DNA of 64,000 nucleotides, taken from Naegleria gruberi. Its lineage: Eukaryota. A model generated the notes under the pieces. That model was given only the letters and a program-made list of their open reading frames with translations, was not told the origin of the DNA and ran no database searches. Position 1 is the stretch's first letter; every line of letters begins with the position of its first letter. The stretch lies in assembly GCA_000004985.1 (NCBI GenBank), contig GG738917.1; one strand, written 5' to 3'. The position numbers and the translations under genes were made by a program. Below are positions 21,209 to 31,200 of the stretch, in pieces.

Positions 21209-22360
21209 TTACTTCTTTTTGGCCTTCTTTTCTTTCTTTTTATAAATTGCTAACAGTTTCTCAAACTCCTTATCATACTTGATATCAAATCCATGAGCTG
21301 TATTCACAAAAGTTTGTTCAATCTTTTCCTGTTCTTCATCTGAAAATTTAATCTCAGAATCGCTAAAATCCAACTGTCCCACCAACTCCATTTTCACACT
21401 CTCAATCTTGTTTAAATTATGTGGACACAATTCAAAATAAAGTTTCCATTCGAATGTGTACAATTTTCTAATCATATCAGGCATGGAAGGTTTATACAGG
21501 GAACTAGTTGATGAAGAAAATTGTTTACTCTTTGAAGCCATTTGAGAAGTTGGAATGGAAGGTAAACTTGCAGAATGAGGAGTAAAATCAAAGAATTGAC
21601 CAGTCACTCTTTCCTTTCTTCTATGGCAAACAGTTACTTTTCCATTCGAAGGATCGATTATTATATCAATAAACCAAAATCCAGAATCTTTTATCATCAT
21701 ATTAATATATAAATTGAATTTTTGATTATATTTACCTTTGTACCTAAATAATTGTCCCAATTGTCTTTTAAGGGCAATTACACCAGGTGCTATTATAGAC
21801 TGATTGCAAAATTTTAAAATAGTTAGTACAGGTGATGCTTCTCCAAAATAATTAATTAGAAATGTTTCCAATGTTTGATAATTACTAAAATTGACATTAT
21901 TTTCTAATAATCGACAAGTAAATGATTGAATATTATTACCATTGACAAGACATGATTCAGAAAGATGCGGATCATTCATAGATTGTATCTAAATATAATT
22001 CATTTAATCAATTATATGAAATCAATATATTTACCTCACTGTACAATATTGAAAGTATTGAATGAATAACTTTGGTCAATTTGTTTTCACATTCAAAATC
22101 TTCTTCTTGAATATTAGAGTTGGGTATTGGATTCTTGGTATTTGGTTCTAAAACAGTTATCTTGTTACATAATCTTATCAAATCTTTAGCTACAGGTAGA
22201 TCAATGACTTTCCTATCATACAATGACACAAACAAATTATTTTAAAAACTTACTGTTGTGATATTCTTCTCACAGAATCGGCTGTTTCTACAAAATCCAA
22301 CAAATAAATTGGTGGTGATGTTGGTGAATTTTTAATGTCCTTTGCGTGTTTTGATCCCAT
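21209..22360 (-). CDS. Hypothetical protein (~354 aa) with N-terminal myristoylation-type motif (MGSKHAK); complement(join(21209..21988,22035..22212,22254..22360))
   Basis: Exon 1 ATG at 22360 (MGSKHAKDIKNSPTSPPIYLLDFVETADSVRRISQ). A 41-nt intron (GTAAGTTTTT..TATGATAG, 22213-22253). A 46-nt intron (GTAAATAT..ATATTTAG, 21989-22034). Both junctions keep frame and merge the ORF-track pieces 22008-22235 and 21209-21979. Lys-rich C-terminus. Confidence 0.55.
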
Positions 22361-23762
22361 TCTTATTTTTATTCGAAACTAATTTTACTAAACATAGAGT
22401 CAAAATACAACTTCCAATGATTGTTTTCTTCTTCCTGCCGATGATGATGATGCTGCTGGTGGAATATTCTTTGAAAAAAAAAAGAGTAATGAGTATCAAA
22501 GTTTGCCGTTTTTTTTTAGTTTTTGAAAATAATTGTTCTGAAAAGGCAGCATTTCTTCTTGAAAGGTCGAATGGCATACAAATTTAGAGAAAAACGTACG
22601 AAACAACTTTTTGTAAATGTGCACTGCAGTGATGATTCGATTCGATGGCTCAATATTTATCTCATTCAAACAAATCATATTAGACTATTAGATATCATCA
22701 TATAGAAGTCAACTGAAAATGAAAAAATGTAGTAACAAATACAATCATACGAAGAAAATGAAAACGTTTGTGTATTATGATAAACAGATGGATCATGTGG
22801 ATGATGAAAGTTCAGTATATCCACACAATCTAGCCATACAGTTAGAAGGCCTTCCCTTTGATTTTCAATGAAAAAACGCGGGTTTTCCTTAAATTAAAAT
22901 TGGAACAGCTTCAATTAAGGAAACCGTAGTGAACAGATGAAATTCATGTAGACACTGTGAAGGAAAATGATCCATGAAAATAAGAACTTGCTCCTTTATA
23001 TTAAGTTACTGCACGAATCAGAGGAAATGAAAAATTATTCTTTATTTCGAAAGGACATGATTCTTTTTTCACAAATCGGTGACAATTCGTTATTAGAACA
23101 AGTCCCTTTTGGGTTTCCCTAATATTCCTTCTTTTTACTTACTGGGTATCACCAATTAATTGAATTTAAATCATTTAATTCTTATCAGCTCGAGTTAGTA
23201 TTGGATTGCTGACAATTCAAGTCTCAGACATGTCTCATTGAATGAAGCAACGTTATTTTTCTAACGTCTTCTAAGCAATCGTACCAGAAAGCCTTGATCA
23301 TCAAAATTTGGTATCGAGAGCTCTTCAGACACAACACACGACAAGATTTAACATCGAGTTATGTTGTTGTGCTGTTTGCTTTCGACATCAACAATGTGTC
23401 TTCTCGTGTTGCTGTTGCTTGGTTCTTCATCAAATTACCAACTCCTTTTTCTCTTCTATTTTTAACGAGAAAAAAGGAACGCAACAAGTTGGCACCACAC
23501 AAAGTTGAAAAAAAACCACAACGATTTTTCTCTGAGAAGATTTTACTTTGCTTCCAATACCGACAGCACAAAGACGACAATTATTGGGAGCACATTACAC
23601 AAATAACAACAACACCACTTACATTCTGAACAATAGTGTTTTTTTGTCAAAAGCAACTATTTTATACTATTTAGCAAGAGAAATAGGTGTTCCATATAAC
23701 CTTTATATTTTGGAGTAACATACATATATTCATAATTAATAGATAAAACACATCAAGGAATC

Positions 23763-26306
23763 ATGTACACCACAATGATACCACAATCACAAACCACATC
23801 GTCATCACCATATAATGGGCATTCTCCTTCCTATTATTCTGATCAAAATAGTGGAAATTCGTCTAGTACATCAATTTCCTCCCCTTCCATGTACTCTTAT
23901 TCATCTTCATCTAATACCTCTCCAACTTCGATAACACACTACCCAATGCAGCAAACAATGCAAAATAATGGAATGGTTTCTAATATTATGGATTTTTATA
24001 TTCATGATGTAAACTTCTCCTTGCATACTAAAGCATCACCTGAATGCGAAATTCAATTGTACAGATTAACCAACCCAATGGATGCTCAAATTACTTTTGT
24101 CAACACTCACCCACAGTCAACACCTCCTCCACATCTCTCAACTGTTGTATATGCTTTACAAATCCAATTAGAAAAGTTCATGTCTCAAACAAATCAATGG
24201 GTACCTTGTACTAACGATACTCCTTCTTCAAACTTGTTTAAAGACTATGAAGCTAATGTTCTGTATAACCAAACTAATAATCAATCAATTACACAATTAA
24301 TTCAAACAGATGGAAAGTCACTTTATATACAGTTACCACTTCAATTAGGACTTTTCAGTAACCAATATACTTCTATGACTTTCCGTTCCAAGTTAAATAC
24401 AAGCAAGGAAAAACAAGGTTTTAAAAGAGGTGAAGTGGCAATCTTTAGAGTTGTTTTCACTCTTCTTAAACAACAACAACAATTGCATACCTATTTCCAA
24501 AATAAGTATGATTCTGTGCCGTTTGGAATAATTAACCATGGTAAAAACAGTACAGCTGTGGGAATGTATAAAAACATTAAACTGAGCTCTATCCCTGGTA
24601 CTGTTGAGTATAACATGCTCATCAAGCAACAACAACAACAAACTTACACACCTCAAATGCACAGTCCAAACAGCAGTATTTATACTACTCCGAACACAAG
24701 TGTTGGAACCAGTGATTATTCAAACAATTCTCCATATGGAGGAAATCAATATAGTGGATATAATGGCCAATCTATGGGTCTGGATGTAATTGATGAAAGT
24801 AGACAAATACAGGAAATGTTGGACATTCTGAATCAAGAAGAAGAAATGGCAAGACAATATTACAACTCCAATTCTTCAAATGATAGTGGATCTGGAGATG
24901 ATATGATGTACATGACTGACGACGAGGACATGTTCAGAGAAATTAACTCTATGGAAGATTACTTCTCTCAAAGTCAAGAAACAAACACAAGTCCTGGACA
25001 ATCCGATCAAAATTATGAAGATATCAAATGGGAAGATGACCCTAATGAAGATTTCCATGGCTTTACAACTCAATCAGATTCAGCCAATGTATTCTTATGT
25101 GATGATGAATGTGATGGAATGGACTCTTACTATGCTGACTATTCTGCTCCATCAACGCAACCCCAAAGCGCAACTTTGTCTTCTGCTTATAGCACCCTTT
25201 TCAAAAGCTCAGTTGTTCCACAACCATTGGCTAGTAGTGCTGGTAGAAGTGTTGAAAGAAGAAGTCTTTCTAAACAAATGGATTCATTTGCACCTCCTCC
25301 TCCAGTTATGAGAAGTAAGGAATCTTCATTGTATTCATTGCCTCCACCATCATCAGAATCAAGAAGTAGATCCTCCCTTGGTAATACTATTCAAGCATCA
25401 ATTACTCCATCTATTAATCAATACGAAACATGGAGCAGTCCTATTGTTTCAGATTCTCGCCAAGAACTCGTTCGTTCTGTTGCTTCTCAACCTTCTCAAC
25501 CTCCAAGAATGACCTTTGGAGCTCACTATATAAGATCTGATGTTGCAGCAGAGCTCAAACAACCTGTAGAAGAAAAGAAAAAGAAGAAGCTTTCACTTGG
25601 AAAACTTTTCAAGAAGAAGGATGAAAAAGCTCCAAAAGAAAAAGAAAATGAAGAAAAGGCCAAAAACCCACTGTCCAATCAATCTCATGCATCATTCTTT
25701 GCAAACTTTAAACCAAGCACTATGGTTACACTTAATACAAATCAGTTACCTGAAAATGTGAGACAAGTCTCTAAAGTTACTCAAGCACAACAAAAACCAA
25801 CAGAAGATTCTACAAGTACAGCCGAAGACGAACTTGCTGAAACACTTTCCAAATTGAATATCAATAACACTGCCCTCACCACTAAATTTGATCCAAAGAA
25901 GATTACTTTCACTCTTGAAAAGAAAGGAAGCAAGGAAGTTTATGACTTGACCAACCCTTCCAAAGAGAAGAAGTCCATTCCATCATTCAATCCAGGAGAT
26001 GTTATTCAATTTTCAGTTAAGAATAATAATGAGAAAGAATTTATCGAAAAGACAAACCTGATTGTGGGTACAACTATTCCAAGAAGGTCGATTGTCACAT
26101 TCTCTGACAAGTCAACTGGCTTTACTCAAATGAAAGAAACTGTTGCCACAAGTCAAATAGTACAAATTCCAAATATAAGAGTAACTAATCCAACATGCAA
26201 GAAGAAGGCAAAGATTGTCACAATTGTATTATTTGTTAAATTTATCGAGTCCGGAAAAGAAAGAATTTTCACAACCAAGAGAAGAATAATGGTTGTTAAT
26301 AAATAA
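23763..26306 (+). CDS. Hypothetical Ser/Thr/Asn/Gln-rich protein (847 aa)
   Basis: Single ATG ORF with coding-like composition and no recognisable catalytic motif. Antisense ORFs within it are low-complexity artefacts. Confidence 0.55.
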   Translation: MYTTMIPQSQTTSSSPYNGHSPSYYSDQNSGNSSSTSISSPSMYSYSSSSNTSPTSITHYPMQQTMQNNGMVSNIMDFYIHDVNFSLHTKASPECEIQLYRLTNPMDAQITFVNTHPQSTPPPHLSTVVYALQIQLEKFMSQTNQWVPCTNDTPSSNLFKDYEANVLYNQTNNQSITQLIQTDGKSLYIQLPLQLGLFSNQYTSMTFRSKLNTSKEKQGFKRGEVAIFRVVFTLLKQQQQLHTYFQNKYDSVPFGIINHGKNSTAVGMYKNIKLSSIPGTVEYNMLIKQQQQQTYTPQMHSPNSSIYTTPNTSVGTSDYSNNSPYGGNQYSGYNGQSMGLDVIDESRQIQEMLDILNQEEEMARQYYNSNSSNDSGSGDDMMYMTDDEDMFREINSMEDYFSQSQETNTSPGQSDQNYEDIKWEDDPNEDFHGFTTQSDSANVFLCDDECDGMDSYYADYSAPSTQPQSATLSSAYSTLFKSSVVPQPLASSAGRSVERRSLSKQMDSFAPPPPVMRSKESSLYSLPPPSSESRSRSSLGNTIQASITPSINQYETWSSPIVSDSRQELVRSVASQPSQPPRMTFGAHYIRSDVAAELKQPVEEKKKKKLSLGKLFKKKDEKAPKEKENEEKAKNPLSNQSHASFFANFKPSTMVTLNTNQLPENVRQVSKVTQAQQKPTEDSTSTAEDELAETLSKLNINNTALTTKFDPKKITFTLEKKGSKEVYDLTNPSKEKKSIPSFNPGDVIQFSVKNNNEKEFIEKTNLIVGTTIPRRSIVTFSDKSTGFTQMKETVATSQIVQIPNIRVTNPTCKKKAKIVTIVLFVKFIESGKERIFTTKRRIMVVNK

Positions 26307-26422
26307 TTTTCACCTTATTGATTTAACCATGCGTTATGTAAAACGCAATCAAACGAAATTCTACTTTGCCATGTTTAAGCTATTATTATTATACTAAGGA
26401 TATATTCTAGGATTTAATGAGA

Positions 26423-26494
26423 TCCCGTGTAGTCCAATGGCTAGGATACCTGGCTTTCACCCAGGAGGTCCGGGTTCAATTCCCGGCATGGGAG
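26423..26494 (+). tRNA. tRNA-Glu (anticodon UUC)
   Basis: Cloverleaf: acceptor TCCCGTG/CATGGGA; anticodon stem CCTGG/CCAGG with loop CTTTCAC; T-arm GGTTCAATTCC; discriminator G. Confidence 0.9.
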
Positions 26495-26578
26495 GATGAT
26501 TTTACTTTGGAACATTATTATCATAAATGTTTATTTCTCTCGTTATTAAAGGTAATTAGAGAAAATTTGTCATTTATT

Positions 26579-27550
26579 TTACAAGGATGGTTTGATGATT
26601 GGCTTTGATGGCTTCTTGCATGTCTTTCTCTTGATACAAATCTTCTTCTTAATTGACTTGCAACACTTCTTCTTTCCACCAACTAATTTGAATTTCTTAC
26701 AAATCTTCTTTCCCTTTGAACGTTTCAAACACTTCTTATAATACTTCTTCTTGATACATCTTGGAGGAATGACAATTGACTTGGCACAATACTTCTTCTT
26801 ATTATATTTAACACATTTAGAAAGAGTCTTCTTGTGCTTACAGAACTTGATGGTCTTATGTTTGGCACAGAAGTATTTCTTCTTAATGAGACAACATTTC
26901 TTGACTGATTTTCTCTCCTTACAGTATTTAACCTTCTTATACTTGGCACATTTCTTTGCCCATGAAACAATCTTACACTTTTTAACATATCTACATTTGG
27001 CAACCTTCTTATTGTAGGAATCAACAGTGTACTTGTCACAAATCTTCTTCTTTTCACACTTCTTGATTGGAACCTTCTTGAATTTCTTACAGACCTTCTT
27101 ATATCCATTCTTGAAACACTTGTTGATAATCTTATATTTGGCACAGAATTTCTTGAAACCCTTCTTAACACAAATCTTCTTAGTTCCATAAGAATCACAA
27201 ACTTTCCAGTACTTCTTCTTGGCACAACCAACAATCTTATATGCATGCAAGACACACTTCTTTGTTGGCTTGCTATACTTGTCACATTTGGAATATTTCT
27301 TATGTTTGAGACATTTACCAGCCCCTACAATTGCATATTGATCACAGACCTTCTTTTGACCAACAAGTTTGTGTTTCAAACACTTCTTAATCCACTTGTG
27401 CTTTAAGCATTTTCTCTTACAATGCTTTGGCTTGTGATACTTGTCAACAACAACAACTGGAGGTTTAGTTTGATAGCTGTCACTTGCTTGAACTGAGAGG
27501 ACTGCAAGTAAAAGTAGAAGTGCAATTGAAAAGATTAGATTTGCTTTCAT
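26579..27550 (-). CDS. Secreted hyper-basic Lys/Cys-rich repeat protein (~324 aa precursor from MKANLIFSIALLLLLAVLSVQA)
   Basis: ATG at 27550 followed by a canonical hydrophobic signal peptide. The mature part has about 30 Cys at a regular 8-12 residue spacing, embedded in Lys runs (recurring KKC / KYxKKC units). Roughly one residue in three is Lys. The ORF-track version (347 aa) starts at an upstream in-frame codon. The antisense ORF 26725-27285 is an artefact of the repeat. Confidence 0.7.
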   Translation of the reverse strand: MKANLIFSIALLLLLAVLSVQASDSYQTKPPVVVVDKYHKPKHCKRKCLKHKWIKKCLKHKLVGQKKVCDQYAIVGAGKCLKHKKYSKCDKYSKPTKKCVLHAYKIVGCAKKKYWKVCDSYGTKKICVKKGFKKFCAKYKIINKCFKNGYKKVCKKFKKVPIKKCEKKKICDKYTVDSYNKKVAKCRYVKKCKIVSWAKKCAKYKKVKYCKERKSVKKCCLIKKKYFCAKHKTIKFCKHKKTLSKCVKYNKKKYCAKSIVIPPRCIKKKYYKKCLKRSKGKKICKKFKLVGGKKKCCKSIKKKICIKRKTCKKPSKPIIKPSL

Positions 27551-27867
27551 TTTTTGTTGGATAGGATAGTTCAACCATGGTGCTAATTTAAACCATTTCG
27601 AATAATTTTTCATTTGGAACAAGCTTTAAAAAGTTGGTTGTAAGGTTCCAAATTTGGAAAGAAAATTGATTTCCCTAACCAAACCTTCAATGATTCAACT
27701 ATCAACTCATCATTCCAAAAGTATTCTTATTATCAACAGATATGTTGAATGATTTACAACCTGAACAATTTCAAGCACCTGTGAAAGACATTGCTAATGT
27801 ACAAGATGGTTTTATTACAATATGACATATAAATATGTTAATGGTGTGTCTACAATAATCAAATTGG

Positions 27868-29426
27868 TTAAACAATACTGTTCTTTAATTGAATGTCTCT
27901 AGAGAAGGAATACTTTTTGAATTCAGAAGTTTCTTTCAATCGTTCAAAAGTATCATTAAGATTTAACATTAACTCAGTTGTTACAATATTTCTAATGAGG
28001 GACAATTTGACTGGTTGTTGATTTTCATAGATAGATACAAGTTCCTTCTTTGCTGGCGATGGAAGATTGACTTCATATTTTGAAAGAGATTGAAAGTAAG
28101 TTTCAAATAAATGTTTGAAAGTTTCCACTGTCACTAATACATCATCCTTCTCTTTCAGATTTTCTAATTCTTCATATAAGAGTGCATTTTCTAGTGAAAA
28201 TTCCTTAGCGCAATACATTTTAAACAATTCCTTAAAAGTGTCATCTTTCATTAATTCTTCCAATCTAGATTCTTGTTTAATATTATCTGAAACTGCGTTT
28301 CTCCTCTTTAAAATAAATCTTCTCCATTCCAATACAATTGCTGTTCCTCCCCCAAGACCGTATGTACATAAGCATGCGAGAGATGACAACACAGAGGTCA
28401 CAACTTCCTCATAATCATACGTGAATTGAGAACAAATTGCAATCACAATGGTAATTAACATGATACACAAGAAATAAATCAAATCAATTCTCAACCCAAA
28501 TGGATCTTCAAAGGAAAGAAAATTCAACAGACCCTTATCCTTAATCTTTTTCCAGTTTAAGGCAATATCAATTAGAATTATCAAGGAACCAATATTGTTC
28601 CTAATAAAATTTGAACAGCATACATTATATTCAATTCGGCTTGTAAGGAGTATTGTTTTTGATCAACTATATAAGGAATGCAAATAATCATCCAAATACA
28701 GGCATAGGTAAATCCACTCACAAATGAACCAATGATACCAAACCAACTGGATACCAGAAACTTGTGAATCTTGATAGTAGTTTCGCTCTTTGCCTTTGAA
28801 AGAAATAGATAAAGATATCTGAGGTAGGAAAATCTTATTAGGGAAAATCCATAAATTCCAACAATGGCAGATAAAAAGCAAATACTCAATACATAATTGA
28901 CAGATCGACATGAAAGGGTATATGATGTAAAGCTAATATTAAATACAATTATCAAAATAGGTAATGCATAAGGAGCTGTCAATCTTCTTTTCACAGATTT
29001 GGTTTTACAAACTGTCAACAAGGCCAAATAGAATAGAAAACCAATAATGACAGTAGCCCAAATAACAGACTCATACACAATCTCTGCGTTTCTATCAACT
29101 TCATTAGAACAAACATTGTACTCGTCACTGAATTTTTCATAACAATACATTTCATTAATGGTCATGAATGAAGTTGACTGATTGTAATAATACTGAGATT
29201 GTAATTCATAATCTAAAACGTATTTTTCACTAGAAAATGGATAAAAGAGTGCATTGTGTTTTCTAACTAGTGGAATGTCATTGAATTGATTCAGATAATA
29301 GGTAAGAAACTCCTTTTGATATCCTGAAATGTTACCGAAACCATTTTGATAAAACATGTAACCAATATTTCTCTTGATTTCAAAATATTTCATTGTTGTA
29401 TTGGTACCAATGAAATACTCATTCAT
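27868..29426 (-). CDS. Seven-transmembrane protein with C-terminal RGS domain (7TM-RGS). Two ORF-track frames (28581-29426 and 27868-28584) need joining.
   Basis: Hydrophobic helices: ATVIIGFLFYLALLTVC, ALPILIIVFNISFTSYTL, VLSICFLSAIVGIYGFSLI, VSSWFGIIGSFVSGFTYACIWMIICI, IDLIYFLCIMLITIVIAICSQF, VLSSLACLCTYGLGGGTAIVL. The RGS domain is FKELFKMYCAKEFSLENALLYEELENLK... A -1 frame change occurs near 28600-28640 (unresolved: tiny intron, frameshift or error). Confidence 0.65.
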
Positions 29427-29465
29427 TCTCTTGTAGAGCGAATCAAGATGATTTTCAATTATTGT

Positions 29466-30146
29466 TTAATTTAAATTAGTTTCATTATAATAAACTGAAA
29501 CTGAAATAGGTACTTGAAATTCAGAAAGAAAAGAAAAGTCACTCCACTCATACAATCCATTCCATTCCCTTTTCCTTGGAAGACTTTGTACGAAACTACG
29601 TAGAAAATCTTCACTGCTCATCACAAACACATCATACAAGTCAATTGGATTTCCAAAAATACAATCAATATATAAATAATTAAAAGTCTGTACACTTTCA
29701 GGAATAATCTTTGATTGGTTACCATTCTTATTGTACATTTCTAATTGACTTTTGAAAACTGTTTCTGTCAAGACCAAATCACTAACAAGTATTTCACTTT
29801 CGTCTTGATTATACACATTTTCAGCAGGAGAGTATGGATGAATAATCACAATTCGTTTACCATGCAAATCTAGTGGTGAGGATAATGACATCTTTGGTGA
29901 GAAGGAAAAGACTGTCAAGTAATTTAATGATGAAATAATGGACGGATGGAGAGATTGTTTAATCATGGATTGTTTGATTTGAAGGAGAGAATGTTCTTGA
30001 AGTTGTGGGTGTTGTTGTGAGAAAGATCTATCTGTGTTAATGAGTGCTAGGAATGAAAGGATCAATAGGAAATGAACAAGAGTTCGTGTCATTTTTTTTT
30101 GACTATTCAGGTGGAATTTACCCGTGATTGTTGATATTTGTTTCAA
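29466..30146 (-). CDS. Signal-peptide-bearing ectodomain ORF, possibly the 5' part of the 7TM-RGS gene downstream
   Basis: Internal Met starts a signal peptide (MTRTLVHFLLILSFLALINT). The ORF ends at a TAA (29466-29468) that lies in the same frame as the next ORF's ATG (29424-29426), 39 nt away. A GTTTAT..CTACAAG 66-nt candidate intron would remove the stop in phase. The downstream ORF has an N-glycosylation-rich ~120-aa pre-TM region that would need a signal peptide. Confidence 0.4.
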   Translation of the reverse strand: MKQISTITGKFHLNSQKKMTRTLVHFLLILSFLALINTDRSFSQQHPQLQEHSLLQIKQSMIKQSLHPSIISSLNYLTVFSFSPKMSLSSPLDLHGKRIVIIHPYSPAENVYNQDESEILVSDLVLTETVFKSQLEMYNKNGNQSKIIPESVQTFNYLYIDCIFGNPIDLYDVFVMSSEDFLRSFVQSLPRKREWNGLYEWSDFSFLSEFQVPISVSVYYNETNLN

Positions 30147-30339
30147 TTAGTAGAGCTGCTGTTTGCCATCGTCTAATTAGAAATTTGAACTACTACCTTA
30201 ACAACTGTTGTTACATAAATTCTATTATATAATACATATTCTATTACTATAAATCAACATTAAAACATGAGAAAGGTTGCCAACACAAAGGTGCAATGGT
30301 TTAGTTACGAATTAAGGATACAATACTAGTGAATGAGAA

Positions 30340-30409
30340 GCGTCGATGGTTTAGTGGTAGAATACGGCGTTGCCATCGCCGTGACCCGGGTCAATTCCCG
30401 GTCGACGCA
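30340..30409 (+). tRNA. tRNA-Gly (anticodon GCC)
   Basis: Acceptor GCGTCGA/TCGACGC; anticodon stem CGGCG/CGCCG with loop TTGCCAT; T-arm CCGGGTCAATTCCCGG; discriminator A. Confidence 0.85.
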
Positions 30410-30972
30410 TTCAAAGATAACAATTTTTACTTTCTACATACAATATTATAATATTGTATATAATATTGGACCAAAGCCTTAATATCATTTGTATCATTCA
30501 TAAGCATTAGTTATTGCAATTCTTGATAAATATTCAATCCCTTTTTCTCCAATATTAATAAATTAGATCAAAGATTGGAAATTTCCTTTTATCCTTTCTT
30601 CTGACACATTTCTATTCAACGTTAAACATTCAGTTGTCGCAAATTTTGACAAATAGATCGACTTCCTACATCTTGAACCTATGCTGAAATCAAGTTTAGT
30701 TTCGTTAAAGTTGAAGTTTTTATTTGAAATTAAATTAGCTCCTTCACTTCCCAATTTTACATGTTTCATTTCATTTTGGAACTATATCTTAATAAATCAA
30801 AATTGAGATCAATCTTAAAAGGTTAATCTTTTCAGTTTCGAACACTTTGAAAGGTGTTTAACAGTTTCATCTCCTACCACTCCATTAATTCCCTCTATCA
30901 ATGCTAAACCTGAAAGTAATTCATTTTTTCTTTTCTTCATGGAACTTTGATTGTTGTTGAAAACGTTGTAAG

Positions 30973-31053
30973 GCGGTCTTGACCGAGTGGTTAAGGTGAT
31001 TGACTAGAAATCAATTGGGGAGACCCGCACAGGTTCGAGTCCTGTAGATCGCG
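30973..31053 (+). tRNA. tRNA-Ser (anticodon AGA), class II with long variable arm
   Basis: Acceptor GCGGTCT/AGATCGC (one G-U); D-arm CCGAGTGGTTAAGG; anticodon stem ATTGA/TCAAT with loop CTAGAAA; variable arm GGGGAGACCCGC; T-arm CAGGTTCGAGTCCTG; discriminator G. Confidence 0.85.
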
Positions 31054-31127
31054 ATTGTTTTTATTAAGGTATCACATGTTAAAGTGTGATATTATTTTGA
31101 TTAATAAACATATTGTTATTGGGAAGA

Positions 31128-31200
31128 TCCCCCTTAGCTCAGTCGGTAGAGCGTCAGACTGTTAATCTGCAGGTCGGTGGTTCGAGCCCACCAGGGGGAG
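31128..31200 (+). tRNA. tRNA-Asn (anticodon GUU)
   Basis: Acceptor TCCCCCT/AGGGGGA; D-arm GCTCAGTCGGTAGAGC; anticodon loop CTGTTAA; T-arm GGTGGTTCGAGCCCACC; discriminator G. Confidence 0.85.

Noticed and set aside
21209-22360. Assignment of the N-myristoylated gene to CYRI/FAM49, AMPK-beta or UNC119 families
   Set aside because: Only a short N-terminal resemblance (xxYLLDFVETAD vs FFLDFENAQP) and no agreement over the rest of the protein by eye. Left as hypothetical.
26725-27285. 186-aa minus ORF and 88-aa plus ORF inside the Lys/Cys-rich gene
   Set aside because: They are open only because the AAG/TGC-rich repeat lacks stops in several frames. The products are Arg/Ser/Val-rich nonsense with no start context. 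The plus-strand one is antisense to a gene with a clear signal peptide.
29466-29468. Possibility that TAA is reassigned to a sense codon (to explain the two in-frame TAA interruptions)
   Set aside because: SMC3, RPL11, APEH, the kinase and others terminate with TAA exactly where their conserved C-termini end. TAA is therefore a functional stop in this genome.
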